Positions 10,560-21,330 of a stretch of 64,000 bases of DNA are shown here, piece after piece (position 1 is the stretch's first letter; the number at the start of each line of letters is the position of its first letter). The DNA is from an uncultured Gemmatimonadota bacterium. Lineage in GTDB: Bacteria; GCA-2686955. The position numbers and the translations under genes are program-made. The stretch is taken from assembly GCA_964490075.1 (NCBI GenBank), contig CAZBBK010000011.1:1-64000 (forward strand). The letters run 5' to 3'. Below the pieces are notes generated by a model. It did not search any database and was not told the DNA's origin. It saw only the letters and a program-made list of their open reading frames with translations.

Positions 10560-11635
10560 TGCTCGAGCTCGACAACGACGCCACCACGATCCTGCGCCCC
10601 GACGGCACCCTCGCCGGAGAGTGCCCGGTCGACGATGCCGAGCTGCTCTCGCTCTACCGCGACATGCTCAAGCTGCGCACCATCGACAACCGCATGGTGA
10701 CCTTGCAGCGTCAGGGACGGATCGGTTTCTACGGTCCGGCCACCGGTCACGAGGCGGCGGTGGTCGGCGCCTGTCGGGCGCTGGAGGAGCGCGACTGGAT
10801 CTTCCCGGCGCTGCGCGAGAGCGCCATGACCTGGCTGCGCGGCATGCCGCTGCAGTCGTTCGTGGACCAGCTCTTCGGCAACCGCCGCGATGCCGCGCAC
10901 GGCCGTCAGATGCCCTGCCACCACACTTTTCGAGAGGGCAACTACGTCAGTCTCTCGGCGGTGATCGGCACCCAGCTTCCGCAGGCGGTCGGAGCGGCGC
11001 TGGCGGCGCGCGCGCGGGGCGACGACGTGGTGGTGGTCGGATTCCTGGGAGACGGCGCCAGCAGCTCCGGCGACTTCCACGCCGCCGCCAACTTCGCCGG
11101 GGTGTTTCGTCCACCCCTGGTGCTCTTCTGCCAGAACAACCAGTGGGCGATCTCCGTCCCCTTCGAACGCCAGACCGCTTCCGATGGCGTGGCGGTGAAG
11201 GCGTCGGCCTATGGGATCGACGGAGTGCGCGTCGACGGCAACGACATATTGGGAGTGCTGGGGGCCACCCGCGCCGCGCTGGGGCGCGCCCGGTCGGGCG
11301 CCGGGCCGACGTTAATCGAAGCACTCACCTATCGCGTGGGACCTCACACCACTTCGGATGATCCCCGGCGCTATCGCGACGAGACGGTCACGGAGCAGTG
11401 GAAAGAAGAGCGCGATCCTCTGCGCCGCCTGGAGGTGTTGCTCGAGGCCAAGGAGCTGTTGCGAGAGGCCGATCGTTCGACCTGGGTTGGCGAGCTCGAA
11501 GGAGAACTGCGAGAATGTATCGCCTCCGCCGAGGCCGCGGGGCCGCCCGCCCTCTCCTCGATGGTCGATGACGTCTACGCGGAGCCGACGGCTCTACTGG
11601 AAAAGCAGCGCAAGATGCTGCTCGAAAGAGGATAA
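10559..11635 (+). CDS. 2-oxoacid dehydrogenase E1 alpha subunit
   Basis: RQGRIGFY, GRQMPCH, TPP motif GDG...NN, HTTSDD. Confidence 0.92.
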   Translation: MLELDNDATTILRPDGTLAGECPVDDAELLSLYRDMLKLRTIDNRMVTLQRQGRIGFYGPATGHEAAVVGACRALEERDWIFPALRESAMTWLRGMPLQSFVDQLFGNRRDAAHGRQMPCHHTFREGNYVSLSAVIGTQLPQAVGAALAARARGDDVVVVGFLGDGASSSGDFHAAANFAGVFRPPLVLFCQNNQWAISVPFERQTASDGVAVKASAYGIDGVRVDGNDILGVLGATRAALGRARSGAGPTLIEALTYRVGPHTTSDDPRRYRDETVTEQWKEERDPLRRLEVLLEAKELLREADRSTWVGELEGELRECIASAEAAGPPALSSMVDDVYAEPTALLEKQRKMLLERG

Positions 11636-11641
11636 GGATCG

Positions 11642-13060
<1,419 letters not shown>

Positions 13061-13101
13061 CGGGCTCGAGCTCAGCACGGAGCACGCGATGCGCCAGCTT
13101 T

Positions 13102-13929
13102 CTAGTTCAGCCTGAGAGCCAAGTCGAATGCCTGCGCCAGCGCCACCTGCACCGTGTCGCTGTCCTCGGCATCGGTGGAAGACGAGAGATAACGCGACAG
13201 ATCGTCCACCGCTCGCCACCAGTTGCCGAGGTCGTGGTGCAGCATGCCCCGGTCCCGGATCTCCGGCAGCAGCCCGGGAGAAGCCTGCAACAGGCGAATC
13301 ACCACCGCCAGCGCGTGGTCGGTATGGCCGTTCAATCGAAACGCCTTTTTCAGTGTGTGCAAGATCCGCACCGTCAGATCTCGATTCGAGAGCGGTGCGA
13401 GCTCGTGCGGCGCCACCATGTGCTGGCCGCGGGCCTGACGCGCCTTGCGCAACGCTTCGGCCGCATTGAAAATCCGTCCCCGGTCGAAGAGATCGACGAA
13501 CAGATCCTCACCGATCCGCACCACCAGCTGGCCAGGCAACATCACGGGTGCACAGCTCAGCCCCCTACGTCGCAACGCACCCAGGTAGGGAATCGCCAGC
13601 GTGCCCGCAGTCCCCAAACCACGTTCGAGCACCTCGCTCAAGAAGCAGTTGCGCGGATCGAAGTAGTCTTCGCTGTTGCCGCGCATCTTGCGTTCGCCGA
13701 AGAAATAGCGATTCAGCGCGGCCACCGCGTCGCCCACCACCGCACCCTCGACGATGTGCCCCGCGGCCTCCCGCTCGAACTCCCGGTAGCGCTCCAGGGC
13801 GCGGTCCACGTCGATCTGACGGCCGTGATCGGCCTGGATCGTGAGCGCCGCCAGGGGCAGATCGAGATCGTGCTCCCCGGCGCGCAGCATGAGACTCAGA
13901 CGGTCGTTCGCCGACGGCAGCCGCGTCAT
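13102..13929 (-). CDS. SirB1/transglutaminase-like protein with C-terminal TPR
   Basis: GNSEDYFDPRNCFLSEVLERGLG, PGQLVVR, EIRDRG..DLSRYL. Confidence 0.8.
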   Translation of the reverse strand: MTRLPSANDRLSLMLRAGEHDLDLPLAALTIQADHGRQIDVDRALERYREFEREAAGHIVEGAVVGDAVAALNRYFFGERKMRGNSEDYFDPRNCFLSEVLERGLGTAGTLAIPYLGALRRRGLSCAPVMLPGQLVVRIGEDLFVDLFDRGRIFNAAEALRKARQARGQHMVAPHELAPLSNRDLTVRILHTLKKAFRLNGHTDHALAVVIRLLQASPGLLPEIRDRGMLHHDLGNWWRAVDDLSRYLSSSTDAEDSDTVQVALAQAFDLALRLN

Positions 13930-14951
13930 GGTGTCCACCGCCAGGCGAGCACGATTCGATCGGTGATGGCGCGCGACTCCGCGAGAGGAGACGCCACCGG
14001 TCGCACCTGGTCGAGCTCGGCGATGAGGACCGAGTCCTTCCAGATCGTGACGCCGACGAAAGGAGTCCACTCCCATACGGCGTCGTAGAGCAGATCACGG
14101 TCGGGATCGATGCGCGAGACGCGCAGTCCGGGGACGAATCGGCCCCACTCGGCGCTCCCTTCCACGGTCGAGCCGGTCATCTCGACCCCGGCCGCACGGT
14201 TGTCTCCCGCCAGCCACTCTCCCCACAGCGACAACCCCTTCCAGCGCAACGAGCCGTCCACCGCCCAGGCACGACCCCGCTCCAGCGCCGTCGAGCGCGC
14301 CCAGTTGGCGCCGGCACCGAGCTCGACCTGGTCGCAGAGCCGGACCGATGCGCGGGCGATCCACTGCTTTTCGCTGTCCTGATCTTCGTTCTTGGGTCCC
14401 ACCCCATTCATGCAACCGAGCCGGGCGGATACGCTCCTCCGCTCCTCGTCGCGCCACCGCCAGCCGATCGATACCCCCTCGTCCCGCCCCACGAAGCCGG
14501 ACTCGCCCGCGTTCGCACCAAAGTCGGCATCGTTGTCGCCGAAGAGGTCGTAGACGATGTCCCGGTCGGTGGTGCGCAGATCGCGGGCGGAGATCAATGC
14601 GCCCCGGGAGAAAGGCCGCTTGAAACGCCCGACCTGGATCTCGAATCCCGCTCCGATCCCCGCCTCGATGTAGCCGTCCAGGAGCTCGACCTCGTCGGGG
14701 CGGGCCCGCACCTCGATGACCAGGGAGCGTTGCTTCCCCAAGTCCTCTTCGATCTGGAAGCGGCTGCGCCGAAAGCCGAAGGAGACCGGATCGCCGCTCC
14801 GTGTCCGCTCCAGCTGAAACTGCAGCATGGGGTCGATCTTGGTGGCCGGGGCGCCGCTTCCGACCGCCGCCAGGGCGGGCGCCAGGACAAGGCGCAGCCC
14901 CATCCGACAGCTGCGCATCCACCGCCCACCGCAAGCACCAGGGCGGCTCAC
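13926..14951 (-). CDS. OprO/OprP-like (phosphate-selective) porin; start uncertain (14951, 14918 or 14903)
   Basis: FRRSR, LLDGYI, VGRFKRPFSR, GRDEG, MNGVG; C-terminal aromatic strand; 4-nt overlaps with both neighbours. Confidence 0.7.
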   Translation of the reverse strand: MSRPGACGGRWMRSCRMGLRLVLAPALAAVGSGAPATKIDPMLQFQLERTRSGDPVSFGFRRSRFQIEEDLGKQRSLVIEVRARPDEVELLDGYIEAGIGAGFEIQVGRFKRPFSRGALISARDLRTTDRDIVYDLFGDNDADFGANAGESGFVGRDEGVSIGWRWRDEERRSVSARLGCMNGVGPKNEDQDSEKQWIARASVRLCDQVELGAGANWARSTALERGRAWAVDGSLRWKGLSLWGEWLAGDNRAAGVEMTGSTVEGSAEWGRFVPGLRVSRIDPDRDLLYDAVWEWTPFVGVTIWKDSVLIAELDQVRPVASPLAESRAITDRIVLAWRWTP

Positions 14952-15808
14952 GTCTCGCCCTCGTCCACACCCCACTGGATATCGGTGACCAGAGGGTCCA
15001 TGCGCGCGCGCAAATCCTTCACCCAGCGCTCGACCGCCTCGCCGGCGCCGATGCGCACGCGGGCCTGCACACGGCCGTCGTCGCGCCGCTCCCGCAGCGA
15101 GAGCAGACTCGCGCCGGCCGACTCCTCCACCGCCTCCTCGATGCAGGCGGCGAGCGCCTGCGCGTCCTGCCCCTTGGCCTTGACCACGATCGCCGCATGC
15201 CGCGGCCCCTCTTCGATCTCTCCCGAATCGGGCTCGTCTTTGCCCCAAAGTAGGATCGGAATCAGCAGCCCCCAGAAGGCCAGAGCGCTCACTCCGCCGA
15301 GCCAGAACTGGCCCAGGCCGCAGGTCATGCCGAGGCCGATGTGGACGAAAATCAGCGCGGTTTCGACCGGGTTGCTCACCACGTTGCGAAAGCGGATGAA
15401 GCTGCCCAGCCCCACCAGTCCCATCGCGCGCTCGAAGCTGTCGTTGATCACCAGCACCATGAGCGCCGCGGCGATCGTCAGGATCACCTGGGTCTGCGCC
15501 ATCCGCCGGGCGCGCCTCCCATCCCCGCTGGCTCGCCGGCGCAGAGGATGGAGCGCCAGGAAAGCACCGATGAGGGCGGCGATGGCCAGGCGCGCCACCA
15601 GCTGCCCCAGCTCGTAGGAGGAGAAGGCGGCCCCTCCCAGGGGCGGCAGCTCCAGAGTCGCCGTCGTGTCCTCGAGCCCGGCGCCCGCGGCCCACGCGGT
15701 GCCAGCGGCCAGCGCCGAGAAGAGGGCCGGCAGGAGGGCATGGAAAGGGCGCCGCAGGGCTCCCTGTGTGGCGGAGGCTGCGCATCCCGTGGCTGACGTT
15801 GCTGACAT
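14948..15808 (-). CDS. DUF4956 / MgtC-like membrane protein with C-terminal ACT-like domain
   Basis: AMGLVGLGSFIRFRNVVSNP..LIF..IGLGMTCGLG is characteristic of DUF4956. Confidence 0.75.
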   Translation of the reverse strand: MSATSATGCAASATQGALRRPFHALLPALFSALAAGTAWAAGAGLEDTTATLELPPLGGAAFSSYELGQLVARLAIAALIGAFLALHPLRRRASGDGRRARRMAQTQVILTIAAALMVLVINDSFERAMGLVGLGSFIRFRNVVSNPVETALIFVHIGLGMTCGLGQFWLGGVSALAFWGLLIPILLWGKDEPDSGEIEEGPRHAAIVVKAKGQDAQALAACIEEAVEESAGASLLSLRERRDDGRVQARVRIGAGEAVERWVKDLRARMDPLVTDIQWGVDEGET

Positions 15809-15935
15809 GGGCCAAGGATATCGACTGCACCGGCGCAGGGGAACTCTCTCTCGATTTCCCATAATTCGCTGGCCCACGTCCTCGATCGGGCCTAACCTCC
15901 GTCGATCTTCGCAGCGGGAGCGCCGCCGACCCATC

Positions 15936-16448
15936 ATGCATCGCTTGTTCGGAATCGTCCTGATCGCGTTCTCCTCGGGGTGTGCCGAGAAGGGCATCGC
16001 GCCGCCCCTGGAGCAGGTGCCCCGGGTCGTGCTGAACGAGCTGATGGCGCGCAACGAAACGACGCTCACCGACGACGAAGGCGATTTCGACGACTGGATC
16101 GAGCTGGTCAATCTCGGCGGCGACGCGGTCCCCTTCGAGGAGCTTCGGCTCTCGGATCGGATCGACGACCCCACCCCCTGGACCCCGCTCCGCGCCGCTC
16201 CACTCGACCCGGGAGAGCGGGTGCTGATCTGGGCCGACGACGAGACCGACGAAGGGCCTCTGCACGCCGACTTCAAACTGAGCGCCGCGGGCGATACCCT
16301 GGTGCTGCGCTGGGCCCACGACGGCGCGATCATCGACTCGGTCAGCTTCGGTCCTCTCGCACCCGACCAGGCCTACGCCCGGATGCCCGACGGCGAAGGT
16401 GCCTGGACGCCCACCGACTCCCCGACCCCCGGAGAAAGCAACCAGTGA
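15936..16448 (+). CDS. Lamin-tail domain (LTD) lipoprotein
   Basis: Lipobox-like FSSGC; VVLNELMARN...DWIELVN; FKLS; AYARMPDG..W...PTPG. Confidence 0.85.
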   Translation: MHRLFGIVLIAFSSGCAEKGIAPPLEQVPRVVLNELMARNETTLTDDEGDFDDWIELVNLGGDAVPFEELRLSDRIDDPTPWTPLRAAPLDPGERVLIWADDETDEGPLHADFKLSAAGDTLVLRWAHDGAIIDSVSFGPLAPDQAYARMPDGEGAWTPTDSPTPGESNQ

Positions 16449-17233
16449 ACTCGAGCATTGTGATTCGGATGGTCCTGCTGATGGCGGCAGTTCGCCCTCT
16501 GGGCGCCTCGGCCGATGTGCATCTGAACGAGCTCATGGCGGTGAATGACAGCACAATCGCCGACGAAGCACAGGAATACGACGATTGGTTCGAGCTTTAC
16601 AATAGCTCAGTCCTGCCACTCTCCCTGCTGGGCTACTCGGTCAGCGACGATCTCGAGGACACGCTCGGCTGGGCCTTCCCGGACACCACGATTCCCGGTG
16701 AGAGCTTCCTCTTGGTGTGGGCCGACGACGATGAGGAGCAGGGCCCCTTGCACACCACCTTCAAGCTCAGCGGTTCGGGCGAGGGTCTCTACCTGCGCCA
16801 CGCGGGAGCGATCGTCGACTCGGTCAGCTTCGGGGCTTCCGGGGCCGATACATCGTACGCACGTCTTCCCGATGGTGGCGGTGATTGGCAGTGGACGGCC
16901 GAGCCGACGCCGGGCGCCTCCAACGCCTCGTCCGATCTGCTGCACCCAGCCCCGCCATCCGGCCGCGCCCTGCTGGCGCTGGGTGCGGCGCAACCCAACC
17001 CCTTCAATCCCCGCACCATGGTGCCGGTCACACTTGCGGAAGACGTTTCGCGACTGCGAGTTGTCGCGTACGATGTCGCGGGACGGGCGGTTGCTCTGCT
17101 GCACGACGCTCCCGCCGCGAGCGGCACACTGCGTCTTTCCTGGGACGCGCAGGGGCTGGCCAGCGGTATCTATGTCATCCGCGCGCAAGCGGACCGGCGG
17201 ATACTGATCCGCAAAGTGGTGTTGCTGAAGTAG
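16445..17233 (+). CDS. Secreted lamin-tail domain protein with FlgD/T9SS-like C-terminal sorting domain
   Basis: LNELMAVN..DWFELYN; PNPFNP..YDVAGR..LASGIY..KVVLLK. Confidence 0.85.
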   Translation: MNSSIVIRMVLLMAAVRPLGASADVHLNELMAVNDSTIADEAQEYDDWFELYNSSVLPLSLLGYSVSDDLEDTLGWAFPDTTIPGESFLLVWADDDEEQGPLHTTFKLSGSGEGLYLRHAGAIVDSVSFGASGADTSYARLPDGGGDWQWTAEPTPGASNASSDLLHPAPPSGRALLALGAAQPNPFNPRTMVPVTLAEDVSRLRVVAYDVAGRAVALLHDAPAASGTLRLSWDAQGLASGIYVIRAQADRRILIRKVVLLK

Positions 17234-17275
17234 ACCAGACCGCGTGTCGAAATCGAACCTGTTAGAGGCGGCGCG

Positions 17276-17941
17276 ATGACTTCACCCAAACGAATCTTCT
17301 GGTTGCTGGCGACGATCGGTGTCGTCTCGGGGTGCGACGATCGCAGCGCCGAGCCGGAACCGGAGCTCCCTGCGCCAGCTACGGAACAAGCGCCCACCCG
17401 TGTCGAGGAAAAGACGCCGAGGGTGTTGCAGGACAGCGACCGGGTGGAGATCTACGCCGAAGTGTTGCGCCAGGTGCTGCGCAAGGAGCAGACGCCGCGC
17501 AGTGGGGCGCTGGTCGATGCCTCGGGACTGCTCGGCCTCGATGACCAACAGCGTCACGAAGTGCTCGTTGCTCTGGAGCCGATCGAGCCGCGCGCTTTTT
17601 TTGGCACTCGCGATGATGTGCTCCGCAAGGCGAAGGAAAGCGAGGAGGAGCGGGACCGCGACGAGACGGCGCGCAAGAACAAGGCGGCGGCCGCCCGCGA
17701 ACGCAGTGGATCGTCGACCGCCGCAACGCCGGTGGAGTTCACGCCCGTGGCCGGCGACGAGGCACCGATGTTGGTGCTGACGATCGAGGTCCGCAGCTTC
17801 ACCGCGCAGCGCGCCTCGATCGTCGGCTCCTCGTGGCATCTCGAGGCCGGCGACAAGCGCACCCACTATGCCGCGGCCTGGAGCGACGGCCGATGGCGAG
17901 TGAGAGAGGATCGCTCGGGCGGGATCGAAGAGGCTGGGTGA
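17276..17941 (+). CDS. Hypothetical lipoprotein
   Basis: Signal peptide ending VSGC; RBS-like GAGG. Confidence 0.6.
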   Translation: MTSPKRIFWLLATIGVVSGCDDRSAEPEPELPAPATEQAPTRVEEKTPRVLQDSDRVEIYAEVLRQVLRKEQTPRSGALVDASGLLGLDDQQRHEVLVALEPIEPRAFFGTRDDVLRKAKESEEERDRDETARKNKAAAARERSGSSTAATPVEFTPVAGDEAPMLVLTIEVRSFTAQRASIVGSSWHLEAGDKRTHYAAAWSDGRWRVREDRSGGIEEAG

Positions 17942-17957
17942 GCCTGCAATTTTGTCC

Positions 17958-17986
17958 TTGACGCTGTCAGATGGCTGGACTATTTA
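17958..17986 (+). promoter_or_regulatory. Possible sigma70 promoter TTGACG-N17-TATTTA
   Basis: Good -35, weak -10, in an AT-richer intergenic stretch upstream of the porin gene. Confidence 0.4.
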
Positions 17987-18234
17987 TCGCCTAATTCATC
18001 GGGCGAATCGATCTTGGAGTCGGGGGCTTCACGCGATGCTTTCTAGACGGCCTGCGAGTGTGGCGGCAATCGTCGATGCGTGGCAAAAGCGAGCTCGGGG
18101 TCAGAGCCGTCGCCATCCGCTCCCGGGCCGATCGGGACAAACGATTGTTGCGAGGATGTTGGTGGACGCCGACCGGCGTCTCACCAGCGTTCTCGCTCGA
18201 CTGTGATCAACACCGAACCTCGAGAGGAGCTCCA

Positions 18235-19212
18235 ATGAGGTTTATTGCTAAAGGACTGATCTCCGGCGTCGGACTGACGATGATCTTCGCCGGAAGCGCT
18301 TTCGCGAACGGCAGCCGGGTCAACGCCATGGGCGGTGACGATCGTCTGCTGCTCGACGACAACACGATCCGCTATCGTTTCCCCCACTACCTGATCAAGT
18401 TCCACGACGTGAACGTCGAGGACGGCGCCAGCTTCTCGATCGTGCATGACTACGGCGATGCATCCGTCGGCGCCATGCACGACGCGACTCCGGGATCGAC
18501 CAACTGGCTCGACCTGATGTATGCTCGCGACAACTGGGGCGTCATCATCGAGCTCGATCACTGGTCCGCGGGCGAGGACCTGGCCGGCTACTCCGGCGCC
18601 TGGGCCACCTTCGGCACCGAGGCATTCGGCGGCGACTTCGCGGTCGGCGGCGGCTTCGCCTCCAGCGATCCCGTTGGCGGTGGTGACACCAGCAGCGAGT
18701 TCGAAGGACACCTGAACTACCGCGGCCTCGACGGCGTCAGCTCCTGGTTCAATCTCGGTCCGATGGCCGAGGTCACGTTCTGGAAGCTCTCCGACGTCAT
18801 GAGCACCATGTGGGCGGAGCTGGGTATCGGTGCCAACCACACCTTCGGAACCAGCGGCACGGTGGTGTGCGGAGTCTTCTTCGGCTACAGCAACACCAGC
18901 TACGACGAAGAGAACGTGGACAGCGTCAGCATGATCGTGCTGCCCGACGTGCGCGTGGGCGTGGAATACGATCTCGCCAACTGGTTCGGCCACGACGTGA
19001 CCCTGCGCGCCGGCGCCGACCGCATGACCTCGTTCTCCGACGGAGCGATCTCGCACAGCTTCTCGCAGAACTACGGCATGGGCGTGGGCAACGACCGCGT
19101 CTCGATCGACGGCGTTCTGGCGAGCGGCGTGCTGCAAAACGGTCCCTACATCGTCGGCGGAGTCGCCACCGGGCTCTTCAGTCAGCTTTCTGTGACTGTC
19201 GGCCTCGACTAG
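18235..19212 (+). CDS. Outer-membrane beta-barrel (porin-like) protein
   Basis: GAGGAG RBS; signal peptide (SAFA); SRVNAMGG N-terminus; alternating beta strands. Confidence 0.7.
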   Translation: MRFIAKGLISGVGLTMIFAGSAFANGSRVNAMGGDDRLLLDDNTIRYRFPHYLIKFHDVNVEDGASFSIVHDYGDASVGAMHDATPGSTNWLDLMYARDNWGVIIELDHWSAGEDLAGYSGAWATFGTEAFGGDFAVGGGFASSDPVGGGDTSSEFEGHLNYRGLDGVSSWFNLGPMAEVTFWKLSDVMSTMWAELGIGANHTFGTSGTVVCGVFFGYSNTSYDEENVDSVSMIVLPDVRVGVEYDLANWFGHDVTLRAGADRMTSFSDGAISHSFSQNYGMGVGNDRVSIDGVLASGVLQNGPYIVGGVATGLFSQLSVTVGLD

Positions 19213-19236
19213 ACCGTCTACTTCGCCTTCCAGGCG

Positions 19237-19275
19237 CTCGACCCCCATCCTCCCCCTGGGCGGCTGGGGGTCGAG
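19237..19275 (+). terminator. Stem-loop after the porin gene
   Basis: CTCGACCCCCA...TGGGGGTCGAG 11-bp stem with a weak U tail. Confidence 0.5.
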
Positions 19276-19320
19276 TCTGTACAGTTCCCGGAATCGACCT
19301 CTCCTTTCAAGGACCAGCGC

Positions 19321-21330
19321 TTGACTCGCAGATCGATCCTGGTGATCGTCGCCGCTCTGATCGCCTTCTTCGCGGCCGGGCCCTTGCTGCGCCCCGATGG
19401 GAGCTACCTTGCACGGGTGGCGGTCTGTGCGCGCCTTCCCGAGCTGGTCGCCGAGCTCTCTCCGATCGCGGACCGTGGAGCCATCGCGTTGCGCGTCCGC
19501 GGACCGCAGGCGCAGGAGATCGAGCGCGCCCTCGCCGAGGCGATCGAGTCGGGGGGTGACCTGCGCGTCGACCCGAGCGCCGCAACGATCCTGGAGGCAG
19601 AGCTCTCGCCGAATGCGGGGGCTCCGCTGCTGCGGCTGCGCGCCGGTGTGAGCTGGCAACACGAGCTCCACGGGCGCGCGATCGGCTGGCTCTCGCTGCT
19701 GCCCCCTTTCGTCGCCATCTTGCTGGCCCTGACCCTGCGCAAAACCATTCCCTCGCTCTTGCTCGGAGTCTGGTTCGGTGCCGTGCTGATGGCCGACGGG
19801 GGGCTGCCGGGCTCGTTGATCGCGGGCTCGATCAGCCTGGTCGCCGATTACATCATTCGGGTTTCGTTCTTCGACTATGAAAATCTGTTGCGTCCTGCCA
19901 CCTGGACACCGGCCAGCTTCCAGCTCGAGATCATCCTCTTCGTGCTGGGCCTGGTCGGCACCGTGGGCATCGCCAGCCGGGCGGGCGGGATTCAGGGTGT
20001 GATGAACCTGGTCCTGAAAGCAGCCACCGGAGTGCGCTCGGCGCTCCTGGCGACCTATGCGATGGGGTTGGCGATCTTCTTCGACGACTACTCAAACACT
20101 CTGATCGTTGGCAACACGATGCGCCCGCTCACCGACCGCCTGCGAGTGTCGCGTGAGAAGCTGGCCTATATCGTCGATTCGACGGCGGCACCGGTGGCGG
20201 GGATCAGCGCGCTCTCCACCTGGGTCGCCTACGAGGTTTCGATGTTCGCGGAGCCGGTGGCGGCGCTCGGAATGAGCGACAATCCGTACTCGGTGTTCCT
20301 GCAGACCATCCCCTACCGTTTCTACTGCCTCTTGACCTTGCTGATGGTCGCGCTGGTGGTGGTCAGCGGCCGCGACTTCGGGCCCATGCTAGGGGCCGAG
20401 CGGCGCGCCCGCAAGAGCGGGGCGGTGGTCCGCGAAGGCGCCTCTCCCACCCTCTCTTCGGCGCTCGATGCCGCCGAGCCGAAGCCGGGTGTGCCGGCGC
20501 GCTGGTTCAATGCCGTCGCGCCCATCGCGCTGGTGCTGGGGGCGACGATCGCGCTGATCTGGTCGACCGGCCACGCATCCCTGGAGGGCGCGTCCGGCTT
20601 CGACCCCTTCGACGGGGCCTACCTGCGCGCGGTGCTGGGTGGCGCCGATTCCGCCTACGCCCTCTTCATCGCGTCGTGGCTGGGATTCGCCCTGGCCTTC
20701 TCGATGGCGGTGTGGCAGAGGATCTTGCGGCCGGGGGAGGCTCTGCGGGCCGGCTTCGCGTCGTTCGGGGCGGTTACCGGCGCCATCGCCATCCTGCTCC
20801 TGGCCTGGGCGATCGGCAAGGTCTGCGCCGATCTGGGGACGGCTCACTATCTGATCGCGTTGCTCTCCGGACGGATCCCGCCCCTGGTGTTTCCCGCCGG
20901 TCTCTTCCTGGTCTCCTGCCTGGTGAGCTTCTCCACCGGCTCCTCGTGGTCGACGATGAGCATCGTGCTGCCGAACACGGTGTTTCTGGCACATGCCGTC
21001 GGCGCCGAATCGGCGATCGGAGCCGAGGCGATGACGGTGATGAGCATCGGCGCCGTGCTCGAGGGCTCGATCTTCGGCGACCACTGCTCGCCGATCTCCG
21101 ACACCACCATCCTCTCGTCGACCGCCAGCGGGGCGGATCACGTCGATCACGTACGGACCCAGATCCCCTACGCCTGCGCGACCATGATCCTGGCCCTGGC
21201 GCTCGGCTACCTGCCGGTGGCCGCGGGAGTTCCGGTCGTCTTCGCATTGCCGGTGGCGGCGGCCGCAGTGGTGGCGTGCGTGTTCGGGTTGGGGCGACCG
21301 GTGCGGGCGTCCGACAGCGATCAGAGATAG
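19321..21330 (+). CDS. Na+/H+ antiporter NhaC family protein
   Basis: IFFDDYSN, REKLAYIVDSTAAP, TGSSWST, GDHCSPISDTT. Confidence 0.9.
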   Translation: MTRRSILVIVAALIAFFAAGPLLRPDGSYLARVAVCARLPELVAELSPIADRGAIALRVRGPQAQEIERALAEAIESGGDLRVDPSAATILEAELSPNAGAPLLRLRAGVSWQHELHGRAIGWLSLLPPFVAILLALTLRKTIPSLLLGVWFGAVLMADGGLPGSLIAGSISLVADYIIRVSFFDYENLLRPATWTPASFQLEIILFVLGLVGTVGIASRAGGIQGVMNLVLKAATGVRSALLATYAMGLAIFFDDYSNTLIVGNTMRPLTDRLRVSREKLAYIVDSTAAPVAGISALSTWVAYEVSMFAEPVAALGMSDNPYSVFLQTIPYRFYCLLTLLMVALVVVSGRDFGPMLGAERRARKSGAVVREGASPTLSSALDAAEPKPGVPARWFNAVAPIALVLGATIALIWSTGHASLEGASGFDPFDGAYLRAVLGGADSAYALFIASWLGFALAFSMAVWQRILRPGEALRAGFASFGAVTGAIAILLLAWAIGKVCADLGTAHYLIALLSGRIPPLVFPAGLFLVSCLVSFSTGSSWSTMSIVLPNTVFLAHAVGAESAIGAEAMTVMSIGAVLEGSIFGDHCSPISDTTILSSTASGADHVDHVRTQIPYACATMILALALGYLPVAAGVPVVFALPVAAAAVVACVFGLGRPVRASDSDQR

